Below are positions 46,268 through 54,219 of a stretch of 64,000 nt of DNA, piece after piece (within the stretch, counting starts at the first letter, position 1; every line of letters starts with the position of its first letter). Source of the DNA: Rhodospirillales bacterium. Its GTDB lineage: Bacteria; Pseudomonadota; Alphaproteobacteria; Rhodospirillales; Defluviicoccaceae. The stretch covers positions 1,252 to 65,251 of the forward strand of contig JAEULG010000025.1 in NCBI GenBank assembly GCA_016793875.1, in the 5' to 3' direction. Below the pieces are notes generated by a model. It had not been told where the DNA came from. It did not search any database and saw nothing but the letters and a program-made list of their open reading frames with translations. The position numbers and the translations under genes are program-made.

Positions 46268-47485
46268 GTGAGCGAGTGGGATCACGAAGGGGCTGCGCCA
46301 GCGGCTCCGGCAGAGGGCGAAACGCCGTCGCGGCCGGATCGGGCAGATGCCGCACTGGTGCTGGAGGACGGCAGCGTCTTCTGGGGCCGCGGTGCCGGTG
46401 CCCCCGGCGTTGCCATCGGCGAGGTCTGCTTCAACACCGCGATTACCGGATACCAGGAGATCCTTACCGATCCGTCCTACGCCGGCCAGATCATCACCTT
46501 CACCTTCCCGCATATCGGCAACGTGGGCACCAACCCCGAGGATGTCGAGACGCTGACGCCGGCCGCTCGGGGTTGCGTGCTGCGCGCTCCCGTCACCGAG
46601 CCGTCCAACTGGCGGGCGACGCAGCATTTCCGCGCCTGGCTCAAGTCGCACAACCTCGTCGCCATCAGCCATGTCGATACCCGCCGGCTGACCCGCCGCA
46701 TTCGCGACGGCGGTGCCCCGCGCGGCGCGCTGATCCATAGCCCGGGCGAACCGATCAACGTCGACGCCCTGCGCTTTATGGCGGAGCGCTGGCCGAGCCT
46801 GGAGGGAACGGACCTCGCGCGCGAGGTGATGTGCCGGCAGACCTACACCTGGGACGAGACCCGCTGGACCCTGGACAAGGGCTACGGCCGGCAGACCGAG
46901 CCGCGCTGGAACGTCGTCGCCATCGACTATGGCGCCAAGCGCAACATCCTGCGCTGTCTTGCCGCCGCCGGCTGCCGGGTCACCATCGTACCAGGCGATG
47001 CATCCGCCGAGGACGTTTTGCGGCACAAGCCGGACGGCGTCTTCCTCTCCAATGGCCCCGGTGACCCGGCGGCCACCGGCGTCTACGCGGTGCCGGTGAT
47101 CCAGGAGATGCTGGCGCGCCGGGTGCCGCTGTTCGGCATCTGCCTCGGCCACCAGATGCTCGGTTTGGCGCTGGGGGCGCGAACTTACAAGCTCCCGCTC
47201 GGCCATCGCGGCGCCAACCATCCGGTCAAGGACCTGGAGACCGGCCGGGTCGAGATCACCAGCCAGAACCACGGCTTCGCCGTCGACCGCACGACGTTGC
47301 CGGCCGGCGTGGTCGAGACCCACGTCTCGCTGTTCGACGAGACCAATGAGGGACTGCGCGTCGAGGGCCTGCCGGCCTTCTCCGTGCAGTACCATCCGGA
47401 AGCCTCGCCGGGCCCGCAGGACAGCCACTACCTCTTCCACCGCTTCACCGAAATGATGCAGCGGGTCCGGGTCGCGGCAGCCTGA
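46268..47485 (+). CDS. carA: Carbamoyl-phosphate synthase small (glutaminase) subunit
   Basis: GEVCFNTAITGYQEILTDPSY, active-site FGICLGHQ, HGFAV...QYHPE. GTG start at 46268 lies 8 nt after GGAG. Confidence 0.95.
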   Translation: MSEWDHEGAAPAAPAEGETPSRPDRADAALVLEDGSVFWGRGAGAPGVAIGEVCFNTAITGYQEILTDPSYAGQIITFTFPHIGNVGTNPEDVETLTPAARGCVLRAPVTEPSNWRATQHFRAWLKSHNLVAISHVDTRRLTRRIRDGGAPRGALIHSPGEPINVDALRFMAERWPSLEGTDLAREVMCRQTYTWDETRWTLDKGYGRQTEPRWNVVAIDYGAKRNILRCLAAAGCRVTIVPGDASAEDVLRHKPDGVFLSNGPGDPAATGVYAVPVIQEMLARRVPLFGICLGHQMLGLALGARTYKLPLGHRGANHPVKDLETGRVEITSQNHGFAVDRTTLPAGVVETHVSLFDETNEGLRVEGLPAFSVQYHPEASPGPQDSHYLFHRFTEMMQRVRVAAA

Positions 47486-47502
47486 CCGGCGGCGACAGCC
47501 CG

Positions 47503-47883
47503 ATGGCTGCCCAAACCATGCCGCCGGCCGCCGCGACGAACCGTCTGATCTCCCTCGGCGGCACCTTGCTGCTGGCGACGGCGGCAATGGCTGCGGCCTA
47601 TGGGGTGCGCGTCGGCTTTGTCGAGTACGCCCCGTCGGCGTGGGCCTGCCAAGCGGTCGCGCCGCCGTGGTGGTGTCCGTTGCGGCTGGTCGGGGTGGAG
47701 GGGCTGCGCCTCGGGGTCGTCGGCTTCGTTGCCCTCGCCTGCGGCCTGGGAGCCCTGTTCCTTGGCTGCCGGCGGTTGGCGCTGGCGGCGGTCGGCTTCG
47801 GCGCTGCCGGTCTTGCGCTCTATGTTCCAGAGCCCGCCGCCGGGGGTGCACTGCTGGGGGCGATGGCGCTGCTGCGCCGGTAG
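47503..47883 (+). CDS. Hypothetical small polytopic membrane protein
   Basis: 126 aa, 3-4 hydrophobic segments, high GC3 consistent with coding, no clear SD. Its 3' end overlaps the convergent GH17 gene by 64 nt, which lowers confidence. Confidence 0.45.
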   Translation: MAAQTMPPAAATNRLISLGGTLLLATAAMAAAYGVRVGFVEYAPSAWACQAVAPPWWCPLRLVGVEGLRLGVVGFVALACGLGALFLGCRRLALAAVGFGAAGLALYVPEPAAGGALLGAMALLRR

Positions 47884-49514
47884 CCCGCTGCGGGGGCGAG
47901 GCGGTGGCAACCGAGGGCGATCGCCGATGCCAACACCAGGGTCATTCCCGTCCACGCCAGCGCCTGATGGTTGGCCAGCCCTTCCGCGATAGCGATCGCG
48001 ACGCCGGCTGCAGTCAGGATCGTAGCCAGCAGACGCTCTTCGGCATAATCGACCCCGGCGAGAGCAGCACCGTTGCGCGCGCCTGCCCACCGGGAAGCCA
48101 GCGCCAGCAGCAGGAAGGCGAAGGCGGGCACGGCGTGCACCTCGGTGCTGAAGTCGCGATACCGGCCATCGAAGAGCAGGCACAGGCTCGATGCCGTCGC
48201 GCCGAACAGGGTGACCGCCCGCAGCACCCCCAGTACCGTTTCCCGCCACGGCGCGGGCGGAAGCTGCCGTTGGCGGGCGGCCGCCAGCAGTGCCTGGATC
48301 GGCAGCGGTACCAGCGCCCGCCCACCAGCCAGCACTGCCAGCACCGCCGCTGCCGCGGCACCCGCGGTCAGTCCGCGAATGGCGAAGACCAGCCAGTCCC
48401 ACAGGGTTCGACTGGCGTCGAGGCCGTCACCAAGGCCGCGGACGAGCAGCGTGGCTGCCGCCGCCGCCACGGCGGCCAGTCCCAGCCAGCCGGCGACCGG
48501 AAGCCGCCGCGCCCGCCACGCCGCGGGGACCAGCACCAGCCCGGCGAGGAACGCGGAAACCGTGAACAGCCGCAGCCAGTCGGGCTGCCCGCTGACCGGG
48601 CCCTGCAGCGGAAACTTGGCGGTGCGATCGCTGTCCAGCAGCCCCCAGTGACCGCCAACCGTGCCTTCCAGACGGCGTTTCCAAGCCTGGTCGATGGACT
48701 CGATGACGTTGATGCCGATGCCCTCGCGCTGCGCCGCGATCATCAGTTCGCGGACGAAGCGCGCCTGCTCCAGCCGCCCGGGCCGCGCCCCCTCCCGCAT
48801 GCGCCCGGCCGAAGGCCAGCCGGCTTCGCCGATGAATATCCGCTTGCCGGCAAAAATCTCGCCGGTCCGCCGCCAGGTTTCGACGGCATAGGGCACCGCC
48901 CGGTCGACCGGCGTGGGATGGTCCTCCCAGTAGGGAAGGACATGGATGGTGACGAAGTCGACGGCGGCGGCGACTTCCGGATGCTTGAGCCAGAACTCCC
49001 AGACGTCGGCGTAAGTCACCGGCATCGGCACGGCAGCACGGACGCGCTCGATCATCGCCGCCAGCTGGTCGGGCGGCTGCTCGCGCCGCAGCAGCACCTC
49101 GTTGCCGACGATGACCGCCGCCACCGTCTCCGGATAGCGTTGCGCAAGGTCGATGACTCCGGCTAGTTCCCTCTCGTTCTTCGGTCGCTCGAGCCCGATC
49201 CAGGCGCCCAGCATCACCGTCATGCCGAGGTCGCGGGCAATACCGGGCACCGCGTCCAGGCCTTGCCGCACCGTGTAGGTGCGTACGCAGCGGGTGAGCC
49301 CCCGCAGCAGCGTCAGATCCTCGATGATCTGCTCGCGCGGGATGACGAATGTCTCGTCGAACGGGGTTTGGCCGTCGCGATACGGAGCATAGGAGACGCA
49401 CGGCACTGTCACCGGTGCGTCGGGGAGCGCGACTGGCCGGCCTTCGAGCCACCAGAAGGCCAGAACCGGCAACAGCGCAAAGAACAGGGCCGGTAAGGCA
49501 AACCAGCGCGGCAT
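47820..49514 (-). CDS. Glycoside hydrolase family 17 domain fused to a C-terminal polytopic membrane domain (NdvC-like beta-glucan synthesis protein)
   Basis: N-terminal TM, then GH17-like region (VIVGNEVLLR, FIGEAGWPSAG, GHWGLLD). About 230 aa of TM-rich C-terminus. Confidence 0.8.
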   Translation of the reverse strand: MPRWFALPALFFALLPVLAFWWLEGRPVALPDAPVTVPCVSYAPYRDGQTPFDETFVIPREQIIEDLTLLRGLTRCVRTYTVRQGLDAVPGIARDLGMTVMLGAWIGLERPKNERELAGVIDLAQRYPETVAAVIVGNEVLLRREQPPDQLAAMIERVRAAVPMPVTYADVWEFWLKHPEVAAAVDFVTIHVLPYWEDHPTPVDRAVPYAVETWRRTGEIFAGKRIFIGEAGWPSAGRMREGARPGRLEQARFVRELMIAAQREGIGINVIESIDQAWKRRLEGTVGGHWGLLDSDRTAKFPLQGPVSGQPDWLRLFTVSAFLAGLVLVPAAWRARRLPVAGWLGLAAVAAAAATLLVRGLGDGLDASRTLWDWLVFAIRGLTAGAAAAAVLAVLAGGRALVPLPIQALLAAARQRQLPPAPWRETVLGVLRAVTLFGATASSLCLLFDGRYRDFSTEVHAVPAFAFLLLALASRWAGARNGAALAGVDYAEERLLATILTAAGVAIAIAEGLANHQALAWTGMTLVLASAIALGCHRLAPAAGYRRSSAIAPSSAPPAAGSGT

Positions 49515-49626
49515 GGCAACGTCCCGGATTTCCGATCGGGACTCTTAGCCCATGCCTACGCTTTCAGCCAGCCCGCCTTCGGGAATACGGTCGAAGCAGC
49601 CGCGGGACAGGTCGCCGGCGGTGAGC

Positions 49627-49809
49627 CTAGGCCACCCGCGGCCGGCGGTAAGCTGCCGGACGAAGTGCCAGTGCTGCATAGGCGGTGGCGCAACGACGCA
49701 CCAGCCGGGACACCAGACCGACCCGGGCACAGCGGTCGCTTGCCACACCATCGAGGTCGACATGATCCACCCGCATCATTGCACGTCCGAGAACGAGATG
49801 GTTGAGCAT
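49627..49809 (-). CDS. Possible 60-aa protein upstream of the GH17 gene
   Basis: ATG at 49809 lies 8 nt after a perfect AGGAGG (complement of 49819-49824). MLNHLVLGRAMMRVDHVDLDGVASDRCARVGLVSRLVRRCATAYAALALRPAAYRRPRVA. No family recognised and GC3 is only moderate. Confidence 0.3.
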   Translation of the reverse strand: MLNHLVLGRAMMRVDHVDLDGVASDRCARVGLVSRLVRRCATAYAALALRPAAYRRPRVA

Positions 49810-49842
49810 GACGTGCACCTCCTGTCGCATTGCTTGTCTAAT

Positions 49843-49890
49843 GTGCACATTGTGCGCCACAAAGTCCAGAAAAAAGCGCACGTTGTGCGC
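49843..49890. promoter_or_regulatory. Pair of operator-like palindromes GYGCAC-N3-GTGCGC spaced 33 bp centre to centre
   Basis: gtgcacattgtgcgc (49843-57, one mismatch) and gcgcacgttgtgcgc (49876-90, perfect 6-3-6 palindrome). Further GTGCAC at 49814-19. AT-richer divergent region between the GH17 gene and an XRE regulator gene. Confidence 0.5.
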
Positions 49891-50127
49891 GGAAGTGCAG
49901 ATTATGCAGAGCTGACCTGAGAAAAACACGTCAGCAGGCGAAACGGCGGCTATCCCCGCCTTTCGTGGCGTTTGAAGCGCGATCGCCCGGCAAAACGTCC
50001 CGGTCGCCTCGGTGCTTGCATCGTGAAGCGTCTCGCCGCAAAACCGCAGGAGGAACGGCAACGTCCGTCAGCCAGCGGGCCGAACCGGGAACGTGCCGAG
50101 CCACAGCGAATCGGAGGGAGACAGCCC

Positions 50128-50442
50128 TTGCGGGCCGCGGATTTCAAACGCTGGCGAAAGTCTCTCGGGCTTTCCCAGAAGCAGGCGGCAGATGCGCTCG
50201 GACTGAAGCGGCGCATGGTCCAGTACTATGAAAAGGGCGAGCGCGATGGCGAGAAGGTGGCGGTGCCGAAAGCCGTGCGTCTCGCCTGCTGGGCGCTCGC
50301 CGCCGGTGTCACCGATTACCGCGGGCCGGACGCGAAAGCGGAAAGCGGAACCGCTGCCGCCGACGAGGATGATGCCGAGGAGGACGAGGACCCACCACCA
50401 CCGCTGGCGGGCACCCTGCCGAAGGACCGCGTCGCGGGGTGA
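50128..50442 (+). CDS. XRE-family helix-turn-helix transcriptional regulator with acidic tail
   Basis: FKRWRKSLGLSQKQAADALGLKRRMVQYYEKGE is an HTH_XRE pattern. TTG at 50128 lies 7 nt after GGAGGGAG. The track ORF begins at 49972. Confidence 0.7.
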   Translation: MRAADFKRWRKSLGLSQKQAADALGLKRRMVQYYEKGERDGEKVAVPKAVRLACWALAAGVTDYRGPDAKAESGTAAADEDDAEEDEDPPPPLAGTLPKDRVAG

Positions 50443-50544
50443 GACCCGCCCCGACTTTCGGCGGGATTGGGTACCGGCTGGTGCCGCCGCCCCGATCCCT
50501 CCGCCGCGCCGGCCGCGATTGATGTGCAATAAGAAGGCCCGCCA

Positions 50545-51627
50545 ATGGAAGGATGCACCCGCCGGCTACGGACCCTGCTGGGGCTGGGTATCGCATGCGC
50601 CGTAGCCGCCCTGATACCGCGCATCCAGGCCCAGGACATCCGCGCCGAGGACCCGCCGCTGGCAGTGGTTTCGTACGGTGGGCTCTACCAGAAGGCACAG
50701 CAGCAGGTCTTCTTCGCGCCGTTTCGCAAGGCGTCGGGAATTGCGGTTACCGACCATGCCTGGGACGGCGGCATGGCGGTTCTTCGCGACCGTGTGCAGA
50801 ACGGCATGCCCCGCTGGGACGTGGTCCAGGTGGACGACGACGAACTCGCACGCGGCTGCGAGGAAGGCCTCTTCGTCGACCTCGACTGGGCGCGGATCGG
50901 CGGTCGGGAACGCTACCTGACGGAGGCTGTGTCACGCTGCGGCGTCGGCGCCATCCTCTACAGCCTCGTCCTCGCCTACAACCGCAGCAGCTTGGCAAGC
51001 GCACCGGCCGGCTGGGCAAACTTCTTCGACACCAACGGCTTCCCCGGTAAGCGGGCGCTCCGTCTGGGCCCAAAGACGACCCTTGAGATCGCCCTGCTGG
51101 GCGACGGCGTGGCCGCCGCCGACATCTATACGGTGCTGGCGACACCTAAGGGGGTCGATCGAGCGTTCAGCAAGCTGGACACGATCAAGGCCGACCTCGT
51201 TTTCTGGCATGACGCCCGCCAGCCCGCGCGGTTCCTCGCCGAGGGAAAGGTGGTCATGAGCTCCGCCTACAACGGCCGCATCGAGGACGCCAACCGCAGT
51301 GAAGGCACCAGTCTCGGCACGGCCTGGACCGGCGCACTCGATGCCGTTGACTGGTGGGTCATCCTCAAGGGCTCGCCACGCGAGACGGAAGCGTATCGGT
51401 TCCTGGAGTTCGTCGGCCGGGCAGACAACCAGGCCCAACTTCCGGACCTAATCACCTACGGGGTTCCCAGCCGGGACGCGAATGAGCTGATCGATCCGCA
51501 GCGCCGTTCGGATCTGCCGTCGGCCCCGGACAACATGAAGAATGCCTTGATGATCTCCGCGGATTTCTGGCGGCACAATCTGAACGCGCTTACCGAGCGC
51601 TTCAACAAGTGGGCGGTGATGAAGTAG
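50545..51627 (+). CDS. Periplasmic ABC substrate-binding protein (PotD/PotF-like family), orphan
   Basis: Signal peptide. LAVVSYGGLYQKAQQQVFFAPFRKASGI and overall SBP family-1 pattern. No permease or ATPase genes adjacent. Confidence 0.8.
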   Translation: MEGCTRRLRTLLGLGIACAVAALIPRIQAQDIRAEDPPLAVVSYGGLYQKAQQQVFFAPFRKASGIAVTDHAWDGGMAVLRDRVQNGMPRWDVVQVDDDELARGCEEGLFVDLDWARIGGRERYLTEAVSRCGVGAILYSLVLAYNRSSLASAPAGWANFFDTNGFPGKRALRLGPKTTLEIALLGDGVAAADIYTVLATPKGVDRAFSKLDTIKADLVFWHDARQPARFLAEGKVVMSSAYNGRIEDANRSEGTSLGTAWTGALDAVDWWVILKGSPRETEAYRFLEFVGRADNQAQLPDLITYGVPSRDANELIDPQRRSDLPSAPDNMKNALMISADFWRHNLNALTERFNKWAVMK

Positions 51628-51660
51628 CTTGCTGGTCGCACCTCAGGAGGACGGAGGACG

Positions 51661-52134
51661 ATGGCGGAGACAGCAGCGCACCCTCACCCGGAGCGGACGG
51701 ACCCGGCGGCCTATGCCTTCTGGACGCGGGATATCGTGCGGTTCTCCGACGTCGATCGCTATCGCCACATCAACAACGTCGCCACCGCCACCTATTGCGA
51801 GACCGGCCGGGTGGAATTCGCCGAGCGGCTTTGGCCGGGATCGACCGCCGGCGAGACGACCGGCTGGGTGATCGTCAAGCTGACCGTGGCCTTTCTCGCC
51901 CAGGCGCATTACCCGGGGGAGGTTCGCATCGGCACGCGCGTCGAGCGCGTCGGGCGGACGTCGCTGACCATCGGCCAGGGTGTGTTCAAGGATGGCGTGT
52001 GCTTCGCGACCAGCGAGGCGATCTTGGTGTGGGTGGACCTCACCCGCGGCGGCGGAGGCGTAGCGTTTCCGGACGCGCTTGACGCGCTGCTCCACGCCGA
52101 AGCCGAACAGCCCCGCCTCGCGGCGACCTTCTGA
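51661..52134 (+). CDS. 4HBT/YbgC-type acyl-CoA thioesterase
   Basis: VRFSDVDRYRHINNVATATYCETGRVEF is the hot-dog thioesterase catalytic-Asp pattern. 157 aa. Confidence 0.8.
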   Translation: MAETAAHPHPERTDPAAYAFWTRDIVRFSDVDRYRHINNVATATYCETGRVEFAERLWPGSTAGETTGWVIVKLTVAFLAQAHYPGEVRIGTRVERVGRTSLTIGQGVFKDGVCFATSEAILVWVDLTRGGGGVAFPDALDALLHAEAEQPRLAATF

Positions 52135-52137
52135 GCC

Positions 52138-52509
52138 TCATCTCTCGACCGGCGGATCGCCTTCTTCCGCGCCGCCCGCAGCACCCGCGGCATGCGCGGC
52201 GATGCGGGCGCGACGGCGTCCGTGCAACTGGTCGCGCATCGTCCGCGACGAATGGCACGGCCGGCAGGCGCTGCGCAGGTTCTCCCAGCGGTTGTCCTCA
52301 GCATCACCATTGATGTGATCAACCTCGGTGGCCGTGGCCTTGCCGCAGAATTCGCACACCGGGTGATCGTTGAGCTTTTCCTGCCGCAGCTTGCGCCAGG
52401 CGACTTTCTTGTAGGCACGGTTGTAGTTGCGGGGCCGCGCCGCCTCCATCGCCTGCCGGCGGATACGCTCGCGCTCCGCGCGGGCCGGATCAATTGGCTT
52501 CCACGGCAT
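52138..52509 (-). CDS. Small stand-alone HNH endonuclease
   Basis: CEFCGK...EVDHINGDAEDNRWENLRSACRPCH (H-N-H with flanking Cys pairs). 123 aa. Confidence 0.8.
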   Translation of the reverse strand: MPWKPIDPARAERERIRRQAMEAARPRNYNRAYKKVAWRKLRQEKLNDHPVCEFCGKATATEVDHINGDAEDNRWENLRSACRPCHSSRTMRDQLHGRRRARIAAHAAGAAGGAEEGDPPVER

Positions 52510-52560
52510 CGCGGCGGCCCTCGCTGACGGATGGTCGCATGGCTCGACCCCCCTTCCCGG

Positions 52561-53409
52561 TCACGGCAGAATCAGTCCCAGGCGCAGGGCCGCCACGACT
52601 GCCTGCATGCGATTGGCAGCCGCCAGCTTGGCCATGGCGCGCTTCAGATGGAAGTTCACGGTATGCTCCGAGACATTCAGGATCTTACCGATGCTCCAGG
52701 CGCTCTTGCCGCGCGCCGTCCAGGTCAGGCACTCACGCTCGCGGTCGGTCAGTCGCACGCTGGCCGGCGGGCCGAGGCCGTGTCGTAACAGGCGGGCGTA
52801 GGTAAGCATGAACTGGACGGCGATGATCTGCAGCTTCGCCAGATCATCGAGGACAGGGGGCTTTGCGCCGGCGGTCGCGAGACTGACGACATAGGTCTCG
52901 CCGCGCGGACCGTGCAGCGGGATGCTGACGCCGTTGAGCAGGCCCGCATCCCTGCTCTCGATCATGACCCGGCGCTGCTTCGGCGACAGTGGCAATTCTC
53001 GGGGCAGATCATCCCAGATAAGCGGATCGCCGGCGTTCGGCATGCGCAGCAGCACCGGATCGCAAAGCTCGTAGCCGTTGGCGAAGTAATGCTTGATCCA
53101 GTCTTCTGGAACATTGGCGATAACAGCGGGCGCCACGGTCGCGACGCCGAGCGTCTGGCGCGCCTGTGGCGTAACCGGTACCAGCGCAATGCGATCGTAG
53201 CCGAGGCGCTCGGCGGCCGTGCGAAACACCTCGAACGCGGCTTCCGACGTCGTCGCACGCTGGCAGAACTCGATGAACTCCAGCAGATCGGTGTTCCCGG
53301 CGGCGGAAAGATGGGCCCGGCTGGGCGGCAGCAGGGTTGCGCCGCTTCCGTCACCCCGGTCGGTCAGCCCGGCCGGTGCGATGGCGCTCAGGCGCTCGAT
53401 ATGTGTCAT
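52561..53409 (-). CDS. luxR: LuxR-family autoinducer-binding transcriptional regulator
   Basis: Start MTHIERL after an AGGGGGAA SD. N-terminal autoinducer-binding-type domain (WIKHYFANGYELCDPVL). C-terminal HTH LTDRERECLTWTARGKSAWSIGKILNVSEHTVNFHLKRAMAKL. Confidence 0.9.
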   Translation of the reverse strand: MTHIERLSAIAPAGLTDRGDGSGATLLPPSRAHLSAAGNTDLLEFIEFCQRATTSEAAFEVFRTAAERLGYDRIALVPVTPQARQTLGVATVAPAVIANVPEDWIKHYFANGYELCDPVLLRMPNAGDPLIWDDLPRELPLSPKQRRVMIESRDAGLLNGVSIPLHGPRGETYVVSLATAGAKPPVLDDLAKLQIIAVQFMLTYARLLRHGLGPPASVRLTDRERECLTWTARGKSAWSIGKILNVSEHTVNFHLKRAMAKLAAANRMQAVVAALRLGLILP

Positions 53410-54219
53410 CGGTTCCCCCTGGCAGCAAAATGCGAAGGCCGGCGCCCGGCGGGCACCTCCTTGATGGCGCGACGGAAAGCTCCGCGAAAAGCCGGCCAAG
53501 CCGCGGGCGGCGAGCACCGTCGCCCCGGCATCGACCTGTCGCACCCGGACCAGCTCCGATGCATGCAAAATATTCCCCTTTTGGGTATATACCGACTTCT
53601 ACAGATTTGATGTCAATGGCTTTGGCGTAAGGAAATCGGCGTTCGGTCAATACCCCTAAAAAGGTAACTGCCCCAGGTCTATGCGAGGCTGCATAACCCT
53701 CTTGCGTTACAAGCATCGGGCGACGCCATGTCGATAACGAAAAAGGGGTTGGCAGCCGCCGGCGAGCAACCGCACGGCCCCGGGCAGCGCGGGGACAGCC
53801 TCGAGCATCCCGGCGCCGATGCCCGCCTGCTCCAGAAACGCCTCGATAACCTGCTACGATCGGTACGTACATCACAGTGGCTCGCCCGCACCCACTTGCG
53901 CTCGGCCGCCGCTCTGATTCAGCCGGGGGCGGAAGGACGGCCAGACCAGACCGGTGGTCCTGCGGCCCGGACCGGCAGCGCCCGCGACGACCGGCGGCGG
54001 GCCCGGAAGTGCCTCGGCTTCGCCGGAATCTGCCGGCGCCGCGCCGCCCGCCTCAAGGAGAGCAGTCACAGCCTGTTTGGCTAGAATACCCCGGATGCAG
54101 CCATAATACCAGCCATTAGCCCTTGTTGTAGCCTAATTGGGTGATATATATTCCGGCATCCGGGAGGCGTCAGGGTCTGCCGGGTGATCCTGAAACCGAA
54201 AGGGTGACCTAGCCCCGCC

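Noticed and set aside
49762-49920. 52-aa His-rich plus-strand ORF treated as a confident gene
   Set aside because: Its His/Val repeats (VHIVRH, AHVVRG) are simply the translation of the operator-like palindromes, and it overlaps the better-SD antisense ORF. It is kept only as an alternative inside the finding for this region.
53728-54084. 118-aa ORF, plus antisense ORFs 53351..53875, 53679..53891 and 53872..54069, in the luxR-fadL spacer
   Set aside because: No SD, no recognisable domain, low-complexity Arg/Gly/Ala/Pro composition, and mutually overlapping frames. I treated the region as non-coding or decayed.
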